A stretch of 63,849 nt of DNA, counting the filler, from Welwitschia mirabilis (taxonomy: Eukaryota), in the NCBI GenBank assembly GCA_051453625.1. It is 5 parts of one record of this genome, joined end to end, with 100 filler letters (N's around TTAATTAATTAA, not from the genome) between each part and the next. Parts side by side here need not be neighbours in the genome. Positions count along the whole stretch, not along the records: positions 1 to 21,891 come from JBOZIK010000001.1; positions 21,992 to 46,764 come from JBOZIK010000001.1; 3 more parts are not named here. One strand, 5' to 3'. How positions within the stretch are numbered: position 1 is the first letter of the stretch; each line of letters opens with the position of its first letter. The translations under genes and the position numbers were made by a program. This document shows, one piece after another, positions 13,779-26,703 of this stretch. Below the pieces are notes generated by a model. That model made no database searches and was not told the origin of the DNA. It saw only the letters and a list, made by a program, of their open reading frames with translations.

Positions 13779-14119
13779 TAGTTGGATGCTCTTATTAACT
13801 GATATAAGTTATGGAGAAGGTACTTTTTATAATAGAAGGATTAGGATCTAAGTAGAATTTATTTTCATTTCCATTCACTGCATTTCATATTCATTCATCT
13901 TACATTGCATTTACTTGTTTATTTCCTTCCAGTTTTTATAAGATAAATGACTAAAAATACTTTTGGGAAATCAATTCTCTAACTCTAAGCCTAGTTCTTT
14001 CATTGGATTATGACATTTGGATAAACTTCCATCTATACTAGTGTGTGCTTTTCTACAAGTTATTTGATTTACAAGTTTATCTAAAGAGCTTCAGAATTGC
14101 ATAAATTCACACTGCAACA
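13779..14119 (+). repeat. 3' end of a family-A LTR in plus orientation (3' LTR or solo LTR)
   Basis: Reverse complement of about 2124-2465; ends AAATTCACACTGCAACA; no PBS follows. Confidence 0.8.
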
Positions 14120-15469
14120 CTCTTTTTAATGTGATGATGACTTGGAGATATAATTTGAGCATTTTAAACTATGCCCTTACTCACTAATGATATGTGACCA
14201 TACATTGAGAGAATTATTAAGATATTTTAGTAATGAAGTATTTGTATTACAGTTCCTTTCCTATATATTATAAATATTATGATTTTAATAGTTGTTATTA
14301 ATGATAAAGATATGTTAAAATCACACAGCTACATAGACCTAGCATTTCTTATGAAGTAAATAATACTCAGTCATTGTTTTCCCTATCCACTATTGTTTTG
14401 CACTTATAAACTTCATATAATTCTTCATTTTCTAAAAGAATAAGTCTTATATATTATATAATTGATTTGAATAGCTAATGTTTCTTATTCAACTCATATA
14501 TATCTTTATAAAATTTATGTTGAAAAACAAAAGAGCAAGAACATGAGTAATATTTTTGAAAGTTAATTATTCATTTCTTTAAAAGTATTCTCTATTCTTA
14601 TTACAATGAAGAGATTTCTTATAAAGGCAAATAAATCATTAGGATTTCAATGGGATTTTTACATTCCCCTAGGCATAGGATCATGGTATGCATATAAACC
14701 TTAGCAATTCCTCTATTAATGTGGAAATACACTCTTTTCTAAGGGAAAAATAGAGTACTCATAGAACAATGTTAGGAATATAGCCTATAATAAAACCTTC
14801 TTAAATGAGTTTTCATGTGAGGGAGCTACTTTATTAAAGTGGTAGTCAATTATTACTACACATCTAATAATAGATAGGAATTATTTTGTGTATGACACAT
14901 CCTATAATATTAGGCTAAACAAAGTCTTATACATTCCATAATACTAGGCTAAAATAATGCTATAAATCCTATAGTAATAGGATCAAGAGTGTCTTCAAAA
15001 GATGACTCAAAAATCAAATGAAACCAGTAACATAAAAGAAAAAAAGAAAGAGTTTAATTCAACTCATTATCAATAAAATTTTTGATTCAGGATGCTATAA
15101 ACTCTCTCAATTAAGTATTTTGTTTGAATATCAATTATTGGTTCTATAGTTGGATGGTGTACTAGTGTAATATATTTATGCTATATAAGTCCCTTAAGTT
15201 TATGAAATAATCCCATTTACCATTTTCTATAAGCAGATATTATTCTTCTTTCATGTTTTAAATCCATTAATTATGTAGAATAATGTCTTTCAAAGAAGTT
15301 GGTTTATAATAAAAGGTTAATTAAAGCTCATCATCATCATCATCATGACTTCTATGTGAACTATTTGTAGTTCCAATTTTATCCTTCTTATCATAATGAA
15401 CATCTTAAATAGTATATTATAGCTAAGTATGTTGATGTCATCTCTAGGTAGTATTAGCTTCTTCAGTTA

Positions 15470-15900
15470 AAGAACATGTTGAATTTCTACTAGAACCATG
15501 CTTAGGTATTCTAAGAGCACTAAATTACTTAATTCCTATAAGTTGCAATACAACCATACTAGTAGAAGGAACTAAAGCATTACTTATGGCCATATCTACC
15601 TCCTTAACCATAAGCCATTGAGCATTCAATAAGGTTATTAGGTTAAAGAAGGGACAAAGCTTCAAAGGATCAACCCAAAAATTATTTTTCAAAGTCTTTA
15701 GAAAGATGATGTCATGATAAACAATGATCTTACGATGCTATAAAAGATATACTCAATAATCTTTCTAGTTGATTGGACATCTCCAAGATATCACTGTAAG
15801 TATAGGTCTTAAATTTATCATAATGTTCACATGGAATACGGGCATAGCACTTACAATGAAAGACATAAAGATGGTTTATCTTTGGATTGTACTCATACCA
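15470..15900 (+). pseudogene. Possible very decayed chromovirus-like Gypsy pol fragments (RT N-terminus and integrase core)
   Basis: EFLLEPCLGILRALNYLIP resembles IELEPGTAPISRAPYRMAP; YTQ*SF*LIGHLQDITVSIGLKFIIMFTW resembles [28 protein letters not shown]. Weak, by eye. Confidence 0.3.
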
Positions 15901-16069
15901 CTTTTTAGCTGGAGATAGTCCTTCTTTAGTATATTATTAAGATGTACTATTGTATTCACTTTTTCACCTAAAATATAGGTATTATAACAACTAAAATATA
16001 TTATGGATTGTGTTATATTCATATGATTAAATTACTTAGTAATGCCATATTATTGGGATCTTTGAAGGT

Positions 16070-17000
16070 AATTATTCAAATGTTAAGTTACTTTAATTGT
16101 AACCAACATAGACTATAAAGAATATTAGAGGAAAATTAATAGAAAATGATATTTTATTAATCATAATTCTTTTGACATTAACTAAAAAGTAGTTACCCCT
16201 CAATGGAGGATAAATAACCCATACTATGATAAGTTACTCTATTAAGCTAAATGGATCCCTTGCTTAATTAAAATACAAATGTCATAAGAATAATCAATGC
16301 ATAAAGGATGAGTAATAAGGAATCTGAGAGAGGTATTTATAGTTTTTCATCAATAGTTTAGGTCATCAAGAAATAGTAATGGACCAAGAGTAATCATATT
16401 ACTAATTTTGTAAGAGATGAAATATGTTTTACATTTATTATATTTGTCATCCTTTTATGTTTTATCTAGATAACTAGGTGGATGACATGTGATCTTTTTT
16501 TCTAATAGCTAGCTATTCTTCACATGTCTTCTTAGTGTAACACTTGAGCGTTGTTCATATACTATCATACAAATGATTAGGTGGATAACTATGAATTAAA
16601 AAATAAATTTTTTATTGTGTATATTATTCATCATCCTTTGAATATCGTTTAGACAACCAAATGAATAACAACTATTGTGACTGCTATAGTATCTTGCTAT
16701 AATAACTTGCTCTAAATGATGTATTTCTCTCATTTAAACCATCTCTAGTCATCATCTGTTAGTCTAATATTAACTTCTTAGGTTCTAAAGCATTAAAAGA
16801 AACTCTAAAAGCATCTAAATTGATCATATATATCCTTATTATAATGATAACTAAAACATCTTAATAGCATTACAGTTAATTATTTTATTTTCATTTGGAT
16901 GTTAAAACTCTATCATAAGAACCTTGAATGAAACATGTCTAAAAAATCATTAATATATGGTCAGAAATATTGGAGAATTATTCTTTCTTATGCATTGTGA
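16070..17000 (-). repeat. Partial LTR (family B), diverged copy of 20810-21710
   Basis: Collinear over ~900 bp with 20810-21710; both contain aaccaacatagactataaagaa. Confidence 0.7.
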
Positions 17001-17099
17001 TGGCAAATCCACTTTTATTTTTAATTTATCAGAAACCTATGTGAATAAACTTGAAACATACTCTAAACATGATGTTAAATATTGCTATTTGACTTGCAA

Positions 17100-18500
17100 C
17101 ATAGGCACTACTAAGTATTTATCGGTCCCTGTCAAAGAAAGCTAAAAAGAATAGAAGTAAATCAAATTAAAGAAATAATAAAACATACCACTTAAATATA
17201 AAGAATCTTATATTATCAAACGTAGAGTTCCTATTAAAAGGATATTCCAAATACATATCATAAGAAAGATATGCATGAAATTTAGAAGTATAGTTTTACT
17301 TCTATAAAAAATATATTTTTAATAAATAAATTCATTCCAATTAAAGCCAATATTTTAATGATTACAAAGATTCCACCCTCATGAAGTAGATAAATTCATC
17401 CCGAATTCTAAGTAAGTTTACATGTGTTGAACAAAAGAAATAATCTAAGACTTCAAGTGATGTAAGATAAAAAATGAAATCTAAGAAGAAAAAACATAAA
17501 AATATAATTAAAAAATGAGAAGATAATAAATCAAAGCAAGCTTAAGTATTATGAAAATAAACATTAAACTACTTATATCCTTAATCCTAATATCTTAAAA
17601 CTTAATACTTTATTTGAAAGAAAAATAAATTCAGTTTGCCTTAAATATTAAATTTATATTTCTAATGCTTTAATTCTATTGTAAACAAAAAAATTATGAT
17701 TAAGAACTTTGAAATTTTCTAACTTAAGCAATAGAAACAAACACATTGCATTAGAACATACTCTATTTGAAGTTGATTACTTACTAATAGTCTCTTATTT
17801 TCAATTTAAGATACATGATTTTTAATTAATAAAACATCTTATTTTCATTTGAATAGTATGGATGCAAATGATAATTTACTAATTGAATTTGACATATCAT
17901 AACTATAATCTAAGGAACCAACTTAGAAAATGGATATAAACTAATAATATAATAATTATGACATACTTTAAGGTATAGCTTCATTTACCTTGGATTTCTT
18001 CCATTGTAGAGTACTCATTTCTAAACCACTAATCTTACATTTATCACAAGTGATAGGATTCATTAGATAGGACATAAGTTATTAAGTAATTTTATCCCTA
18101 GTACAATAATTAATATTTTATTTTTTTATTTCAAGAATTTCCCCTATCTATGTTTTTTTCAAATATTAAAAGACACTTATGCATTATCAAAGTACTAATA
18201 ACTTAAAGCTTTAATGAAAATGAAGTTGATGAAGTAATAAATCATACAATATGAACAACTTAATTAAGAATATTTTCCGCTTCTATAATGAGAATTCGTA
18301 GACATTTAAATGCCTTTCAATTGGTTAAAATATAATTGATCATCTATATAGTACAAAAGCCTACAATGTTTAAATGTATCATGTGATGAAAAACTTAAGT
18401 AAATCAAATTAATAAATATTAAAAAAAGAAACTATTTGAATAATTACATTCACATAAGTGGTGGACATCTCTTCACGAAAAAAGGCTTCACTAAGCTGAT
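17100..18500 (-). mobile_element. Possible heavily decayed Copia (SIRE-like) internal remnant
   Basis: Minus strand ALSY*YFDNA (~18180-18210) resembles the WYLDSG protease motif; RCPPL (~18455-18472) resembles the Copia gag N-terminal RPPL motif. Confidence 0.35.
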
Positions 18501-18699
18501 TACTATTAGTAAAATGTATTTTCTTCACTTTGCATTTATTCCTTTACTAAAAAGATAGATACTCCAACATAGCTATTCAATTGTACTTATTAAAAAAGGG
18601 GAAAAAAAGACCAAACTATATAAAAAACAATTGATAAAACATGAAGGTATATGATCATTTTTGAGTAAAATCAATTGGTGAAAATGAAAATATATTGCA

Positions 18700-20507
18700 A
18701 ATATCATAATAGTATAAATTTTATAATCCAAATAAGAGATGAATAATTGATAAATTTCATTAATAAATAATCTTTCATTAAATTAATACAAAATGTGATT
18801 CTCATTCATTATTCATCAATGGCACTACTCAAAGAATGAATTGAAGAAATATTAGAAGGCTCCTTAGAATAATTGATTAGGACATGTTTAACAAAACTAA
18901 AATGTTCTCTAAGATTTGACTCAAAGCCTGGATTTAAATCAATAAGATAAGGTTGTCTTTAATTTACATTATAAGAAATCCTAAATTATATTTTTCAGAA
19001 GTAGGAGATAATGTAGAATTGGAGGTATAAGAGAGAAAGGTATTTTGATTTTTACTAAAAAACATAAGCGGGAGAAATGGAGAAACATTTTTAATAAGAT
19101 TAGACTCTTTAAGATTGCTTACTTAATAGGACATAAGAAGTCTATCATTCATTAGGTTTTATTAAATTTTTATAACTTCTTCCTTATCCTTCATCTCCTC
19201 ATTATTTGTATTACTAGGTTATAGCATCTTATCATTCTTTAAGTTATTAAATTCATAAAAGATCTTATAGAGAAAAATATGGTCATTATGGTCATTATAA
19301 GTTGAGAAATTTTTAGATTTCTCTAGAATTAATTCCTCCATTTCACATTAATTTTATAGTAGTAAGTAAATATTAGAGATATAATTTAATATCTTTATGT
19401 CATCATCTGATGAATTGGTATCCTTATTATTCTGATTTAATTGATCATATTGGACTTTTTTCTTCTTACTTTGATGTTCTTTTATTAGACATTATTTATT
19501 TGAAATTTTGTCATTGAAATAGAAGTTGTTACTATGTATAGATATTTTGATGTTTTTCCTCTCATTCTAAAAGTGAGAGATAGATGACATAGTGGCAAAC
19601 GTTTATGAATGTTATGTTGTAAGATAATACTAAGGTTTTTAATTTTATAATATTATTTATAAAAGTATGCCTATAATCTTATTCATACTTTAATTAATGG
19701 TCTCTTCCATTTTTTAGGTTCTATTAAATCATGAATTAAATCATATTAGTTGTTTTAGTGAATAAAAGAACATGGAGATTACAAAGAATCTATTTCTTCT
19801 TCATATTCCTTTATGAAGTAAGATTGATATATGCTGAATCATTTATAGAATTATTTTCTAAATGAAGTAGAAGACCTAAAATATTTAAACTAATTATCAT
19901 TATCCTACATGAATGTTAAAAATAAGAAGGGGAGAAAGAGGAAAGTAAAAAAGAGAAAGGACTTCAATTCCTAGTTTCAAAATTATTTTTTATTGATTAC
20001 TTTCTTCTTCTTTTTGCAAATATTTCATGTAACATTATTTTATCATTATCTGTAAAAATATATGAGAAGAAGGAAATAAAAAAATTGATTTCAAGAGTAA
20101 GTTAGATAATCACTAGGATCTCTTAAAGAACAAGGTGTAGATTAATCTTAGTAACCAAGCATTTATTAATATTAAAATCATGAGATAAATGTAAATTTTA
20201 GATGGTAATCTCCATCAAATTAGGTATAAATAATAGGTCTTAAGTGGTAATATTTAATTTCACATAAAAAGATAACAATAACATGGAAAAGAGAACTCAT
20301 AAAAATGAAGATGACAGAGAAACAAAGAAAATTAATTAAAATTGAGGCTAAACTAAAAAAACAAAAGCCTAAGCTAAACTAAGAAAAGGGAAAAAAATGT
20401 ATGTACATACTACACAAGTAAATAACTTGAAATCAAAATAGTTACTTATGTAATAAAAATTATTATTCTAAACTTCCTTGAAATCATCCTTAGTAATTTG
20501 CTAATTA
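18700..20507 (-). mobile_element. Leader and degenerate gag-like ORF remnant attached to the family-B LTR
   Basis: Acidic/basic low-complexity coding-like strand; 19780-19890 loosely resembles 980-1100; PBS-like remnant at about 20485-20503. Confidence 0.45.
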
Positions 20508-21720
20508 GTTGGTGTGTGCATCATGTACTTTGTATCTTTAATTAATCATCTTTAAATATACCCAACAATCTTAGTATCTAATTCACATAAATACACACTA
20601 ATATATAATATCAACCTAATGTTGGACTTTAGAAAAGAATTCAAAGTTATATCAGGAAGATTACTTTATTTAAAAAAGGAATCAAAACTATTTTCTATTC
20701 AATTTTGGAATAATATAAATGATAATGCAATGAAATGCAATTATAAATAGAGTCTACTAACTAATATTACTAATCTATTATTACTTATATTATCCCTTAT
20801 AATTTATATAAAGTACAAGTTATTGTCACTTTAATTATAACCAACATAGACTATAAAGAAGATAAAAGGAAAATTAATAGAAAAAATGATATTTTATTAA
20901 TGACAATTCTTCTTACATTTGATAAAATGTGGTTGCTCCTCAAAGAAGGATTCACATCCCAACAACAAGATAAGATCCTCTCTTAAGCTAGATGAATCCT
21001 TACTCAATTGAACTTAAAACATTATAAGATTAATTAATGCATGAAAGATGTGAAATGAGGAATCTATTTGTGGTTTTTAGTTAATAGACTAGATCATAAA
21101 GGAGTGTTAAGGGACTAAGAGTAATTATATTACTAATTTTATAATGAGAAAATATGGTTTACAATTTCTATAGCTCTCATCCTAGTAAGTGTTACCTAGA
21201 TAATCAAGTGGATGACATGTGTTCTTCATTTTCAATAGTTGGTTATTCTTAATATGTCTTCTTAGAGTAATGCTTAAGTTCATCCGTTTGCTATTATTTG
21301 AGTGATTAGATGTGTAAATATTAGTGCAAAAATTAATTTTATAATTGTATATATTATCTGTATATATTATCAATCATCCTTTAAATATCTCTAATCAGCT
21401 AGGTGGGTAATAGCCATACTAACTTACTTTAGATGATTCATTTTTCTCATCCAAATCATCTCTAGACATTATATTTTAGTTCAAGATTGACTTCTTAAGT
21501 TTTAAAGCATCAAAAACAACTCCAAAACATCTAAATTAATCATATTAATACCTATTGTGATGATAGCTAGAACATCTTAATGGATTTACATCCATTATTT
21601 TATCCTCATCTAGATGTTAAAATCCTATCATAAGGATCTTAAATAAAACATGTTATGAAACCATCGATAAATGGTCAAAAATGTTAAAAACTATTCTTTA
21701 TTTCTTATCACAATGATACT
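20508..21720 (-). repeat. LTR, family B (ends approximate)
   Basis: Paralogue of 16070-17000; same block order as the other Athila LTRs; hairpin motif at 21177-21218. Confidence 0.6.
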
Positions 21721-21721
21721 C

Positions 21722-21891
21722 TGTTACAGTGCGAATTTATGCAATATTGAAGTCCTTAGATAAACCTATAAATGGTTTAACTTACAAAAAGACACATGCT
21801 AGTATAGATAAGAGTTCACCCAAATGTCATAATCCCAATGAAGGCACTAGGCTCAGAGTTAGAGAATTGATTTTCAAAGGTAGTTTTTGGT
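21722..21891 (-). repeat. Family-A LTR edge, cut by the scaffold end
   Basis: TGTTACAGTGCGAATTTATGC aligns to 2124-2290. Confidence 0.8.
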
Positions 21892-21991
21892 NNNNNNNNN
21901 NNNNNNNNNNNNNNNNNNNNNNNNNNNNNNNNNNNTTAATTAATTAANNNNNNNNNNNNNNNNNNNNNNNNNNNNNNNNNNNNNNNNNNNN
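21892..21991. other. Artificial scaffold linker 44N-TTAATTAATTAA-44N
   Basis: Six-frame stop 12-mer at 21936-21947 centred in a 100-nt N block; occurs four times in the window. Confidence 0.95.
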
Positions 21992-23830
21992 ATTAATGAG
22001 TGCTCAAACATCAAAAAAAAAAATCACAGAAAATTAAAAAATTCTACATTTGTTACAACATGGAATAATGAGGATAAGGATGATGATAGCAGTTTGGATC
22101 AAGAATCAAATAGAGACAGAAGACTATCTTTCATAGTAATTGTGCCTCCACTTCAAAACTTATCTAGCACATCAGAGTCTAATGATTTACATATAATTAA
22201 TGAAAAATAGAATAAGCTAGAAGATAATTGTCAAGAAATATATGACAAATGTCAACATTTGGCAAGAAGGATAAATGATCTGAATAAACTTGTAAAGTCC
22301 CTCACCAAAGAGAAGGAGAAAATAGAATCAAAATATAAAGTGCTCAAATATAACAANNNNNNNNNNNNNNNNNNNNNNNNNNNNNNNNNNNNNNNNNNNN
22401 NNNNNNNNNNNNNNNNNNNNNNNNNNNNNNNNNNNNNNNNNNNNNNNNNNNNNNNNAGGATAAATGATAAGAATAAACTTGTAAAGTTCCTCACCAAAGA
22501 GAAGGAGAAAATAGAATCAAAATATAAAGTTCTCAAATATAACAACTTCAATCTCATGTCATAGGTAAAAGATTTATCTTTTTCCGTTAATAAATTTTCT
22601 AGTGATTTTTTCAAATTAGAATAGATGCTTAAAGTTTAAGAACCTACTAGTAATAAGTTAGGTATTGGATTCATAACTTAAAATCNNNNNNNNNNNNNNN
22701 NNNNNNNNNNNNNNNNNNNNNNNNNNNNNNNNNNNNNNNNNNNNNNNNNNNNNNNNNNNNNNNNNNNNNNNNNNNNNNNNNNNNNNNNNNNNNNNNNNNN
22801 NNNNNNNNNNNNNNNNNNNNNNNNNNNNNNNNNNNNNNNNNNNNNNNNNNNNNNNNNNNNNNNNNNNNNNNNNNNNNNNNNNNNNNNNNNNNNNNNNNNN
22901 NNNNNNNNNNNNNNNNNNNNNNNNNNNNNNNNNNNNNNNNNNNNNNNNNNNNNNNNNNNNNNNNNNNNNNNNNNNNNNNNNNNNNNNNNNNNNNNNNNNN
23001 NNNNNNNNNNNNNNNNNNNNNNNNNNNNNNNNNNNNNNNNNNNNNNNNNNNNNNNNNNNNNNNNNNTATGTTATAGGTAAAATATTTATCTTTTTTCATT
23101 AATAAATTTTCTAGTGGTTCTTCCAAATTAGAATAGATGCTTAAAGTTCAAGAACCTACTAGTAATAAGTTAGGTATTGGATTCATACCTTAAAATCCAT
23201 AATGTTAAAAAAGGGAGGTAACTTAGTAAAGTGAGTTTACTTCTAGAGTTAATTATCACTTCTGTGGAAAAAATAGGACATTTAAAGATTTTTTCCAATA
23301 TTAAAAAGTTAATGTTATTTTCAAATTTAATCAATTCTTTACCATTTAAATTTATTCTAAAAGGAGGTATACCACATAAGTCTAAAAGGACTAAATGAAT
23401 AAAATCTAATGATTTTAAAAGTCTCTTAACTCAAATAGCTTTCAAGAGCTTAAATGAAAGTAGCTGGTACTTAGATAGTGGATGGTCAAGACACATGACA
23501 GGAGATAAATTAAATTGTTAACACTTAAGTAATATTGATGGAGGAGATGTTATCTTTAGAGATAATGAAAAGGCAAAAACAGAAGGTATCAGAAGCATCG
23601 AAGGAGGTAATTTATTAAAAATTAATAAAATGTTATATGTTAATGGTTTAAAGAATAATTTATTAAGTATTAACCAATTATGTGGCAAAGCTCACAAAGT
23701 AGTTTTTCATAAGTTAAAATGTGAAATTTTGCATGGAAAATTAAATGTTGTTATTCTTAGAGCAAAAAGAATAGATGATGTTTATAGGATAGATTAATCA
23801 ATTTCTCCATATTATTTGTCTCATGATGTT
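21992..23830 (+). pseudogene. gag-pol: SIRE-type Ty1/Copia gag C-terminal half and protease remnant
   Basis: Coiled-coil segment (22259-22564), KLGIGF, zinc-knuckle remnant YHFCGK(.)GH (~23255-23280), SWYLDSGWSRHMTGD (23462-23506), GGDVIFRDNEKAK and LYVNGLKNNLLSINQLCG. Confidence 0.88.
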
Positions 23831-23869
23831 TATAAAACGTTATGCTAGTAATGATACAACCATACAAAA

Positions 23870-24270
23870 TTAAAAAACGAAGTAATTTTTTGAATTTAAT
23901 TAAAATAGAACATTAACTAGTAGATTCTATTATGAAACCCTAAATTTATGATATTTTTCTTGATCATCAAAATATACTGGGGGTTAACTCATTGTCCTTT
24001 GGCTAATTATAGGGTAGTCAACTAGATATATGATTTGATCTCCTAGATGTGGTCGATCAACNNNNNNNNNNNNNNNNNNNNNNNNNNNNNNNNNNNNNNN
24101 NNNNNNNNNNNNNNNNNNNNNNNNNNNNNNNNNNNNNNNNNNNNNNNNNNNNNNNNNNNNNGAAGTAATTTTTTGAATTTTATTAAAATAGAACATTAAC
24201 TAGTAGATTCTATTATGAAACCCTGAATTTATGATATTTTTCTTAATCATCAAAATATGCTGGGGGTTAA
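23870..24270 (+). pseudogene. Copia RNase H C-terminal remnant (duplicated across a gap)
   Basis: FEFIKIEH*LVDSIMKP* resembles LEFVSTENQLADIFTKPL. Confidence 0.55.
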
Positions 24271-24855
24271 CTCCTTGTCCTTTGGCTAATTATAGGGTAG
24301 TCAACTAGATATATGATTCGGTCTACTAGATGTGGTCGATCAACTAGCCTAAAAGCTTGGTCACCTAGATCTCTTTCAGTACTGTAGGCCTATGTCTNNN
24401 NNNNNNNNNNNNNNNNNNNNNNNNNNNNNNNNNNNNNNNNNNNNNNNNNNNNNNNNNNNNNNNNNNNNNNNNNNNNNNNNNNNNNNNNNNNNNNNNNGAT
24501 CTACTAGATGTGGTCGATCAACTAGCCTAAAAGCTTAGTCACCCAGATCTCTTTCAGTACTGTAGACCTATGTCTCTATGAGTTAACTAGAACTTTGACC
24601 AATTAACTGGACCTGATGGATTACAAGGTGGAGGTACTATTAGTGGATCTAATTTATTTCTTTAAATTTCCCTAATCAACCTCTTATATAAAAGAAAGAG
24701 GCACCTAGATCATTTTCATTATGTTTTAGCCTCATTTTTCTTTTAGATCTAGAGTTTTTTCTTCTAGATCTAGAGCATTTCTTTCAGATCTAGTGATTTT
24801 TTTTGGATTTCCTAATGTTCAAGCTCCTATAGAGAGATTATAAATTGAATATTCC

Positions 24856-26140
24856 TTGAGGAAAAGAGTCAAGGAGGCTATAGCTAGGAATCCCTCTTAT
24901 TTGTACCAAGGTATATCTGAGGAAGATATAAAAAAGTTCTCTGAAAAGTTTGATAAGAAACCCATCTATAAAGAGTTTTCTATTGCTATTTCATATCTTA
25001 GAGAGCTTAGGGAGGTGATTCAACTCCTAATAGATCAAGATCTTAGTTATTTTCTTGATGTATCAAGTTCCTCATATCCATTTCTTACCTATATGTTTTA
25101 CTGTAATGCTTCTTATGATCATAACTTAGGAACCCTTGAAACCTTAGTCTTAGAAAAAAGGATGAGGATCACTAAAAATCTTATTTCAAATATCAAAGAT
25201 CTATTCAGAGGAAATTATAAAGAATTTTGACCTCTTTGTGACTCCATAGAAGAGAAGCCAACAGTTACAAGAGAAATTTGTGATAAGTCACATTCATAGA
25301 AACATACCATTTGCACTTCCTTACTTAATCCTAAATATCGTTTCCTTCATTTGGTTTTTACCTACAACTTTTTGCCTTTGGTAGCTCATCATGGTAAGGC
25401 CTTCAAGTATAGGGTATATTTAATGTATTTGGTAGGAAATAGGTATTATATTGNNNNNNNNNNNNNNNNNNNNNNNNNNNNNNNNNNNNNNNNNNNNNNN
25501 NNNNNNNNNNNNNNNNNNNNNNNNNNNNNNNNNNNNNNNNNNNNNNNNNNNNNAAACATACCATTTGCACTTCCATACTTATTCCTAAATATCGTTTCCT
25601 TCATTTGGTTTTTACCTATAACTTTTTACCTTTGGTGGCTCATCATGATAAGGCCTTCAAGTATAGGATATATTTAATGTATTTGGTAGGAAATAGGTAT
25701 TCTATTGATGTTATTGCCATCATACTAAAAAATTTGGTCTCTCAGTTAGAGTACCACAAAACTCTAACTTTATCATACTATGTGCTAATCATCAATCTGT
25801 GTCATTATTTTCGTATGCCCTTTCATTTCAAGCTTGAAATTCTTCAATCCATGACAACCTTTGGACATGTAACATTATCATTCATGTATATTTTCACTCC
25901 TTCCAAGAAGCCTTTATAATCACCCTCTCCTAGGGAAGCCTTTCCTAATGAGACTCTTTCATACCTGATGCGGATTGACTTTCATACTAGGCATATAAAG
26001 GAAGCTCTCATTGCAACTAGATATGACATTGTTAAAACTTTAATGAAAGTCACTATCTTAGTATGAATGACAAGTAAAGAAGAGGAAGAAGATTTTAAAG
26101 AAGAATCTAAAGAAAAGGAATAAGAAGAAGCATCTAATTA
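24856..26140 (+). pseudogene. SIRE extra (env-like) ORF, broken by stops and frameshifts
   Basis: ORF fragments 24856-25230, 25351-25677 and 25605-25919 lie between pol and the PPT. YPFLTYMFYCN resembles the YPxLVxxFYxN motif of plant retroelement extra ORFs. Glu-rich tail. Confidence 0.7.
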
Positions 26141-26693
26141 GATCTTTTTTCTATACTTATGTATTTTCTTTCTTGCTTGTGTGTTTTTCTCTTCTTTGTC
26201 ATTGATATCAAAAGGAGAATAATTAGTTTTATTTCTTTTATGCTTTCAAATGTAGTTTGCTCTTAATGAGTACTTTTACTTTATACTACTTAGTTTAATG
26301 AAATAAAAACGCACTTGTTTTTATTCTCTTAAATTTTTGTTTTAAATTTTTTATGCAAATCAAATTTCCATATAAACTTAATTTTTATAATTTTTTGAAT
26401 ATTAAGCATTCAAATGATGTTTATTCTATATTTTAAATTAACTCTAACTTGTTAGTGATCAAAGTGTTAAATATTATATGATCAAAATGGTGCTTCTTAT
26501 AAATGTTGTTTTTCTTAACTCTTCAAAATTAAACCTTAAATTGTTTTAATGTTAACACAAAATAAGACTTATAAAATGTCTACATTTAATATCAAAAGAC
26601 TTAATACTTTTCCAAAACTTAATAATAAATTCATAAGAGGAAGATTTCTTAATTTTAATATTTTACAACTAAGGAATGTTTGCCATTAATGTT

Positions 26694-26703
26694 AAAGAGG
26701 AAT
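26694..26703 (+). promoter_or_regulatory. Decayed polypurine tract of the SIRE element
   Basis: tttgccattaatgttaaagaggaat|TGTTAG; upstream PPT-like copies at about 26195-26220 and 26630-26645, as expected for SIRE. Confidence 0.55.

Noticed and set aside
21936..21947. TTAATTAATTAA palindrome recurring four times
   Set aside because: Always centred in exactly 44N+44N, so it is an artificial six-frame-stop linker; adjacency across these linkers has no biological meaning
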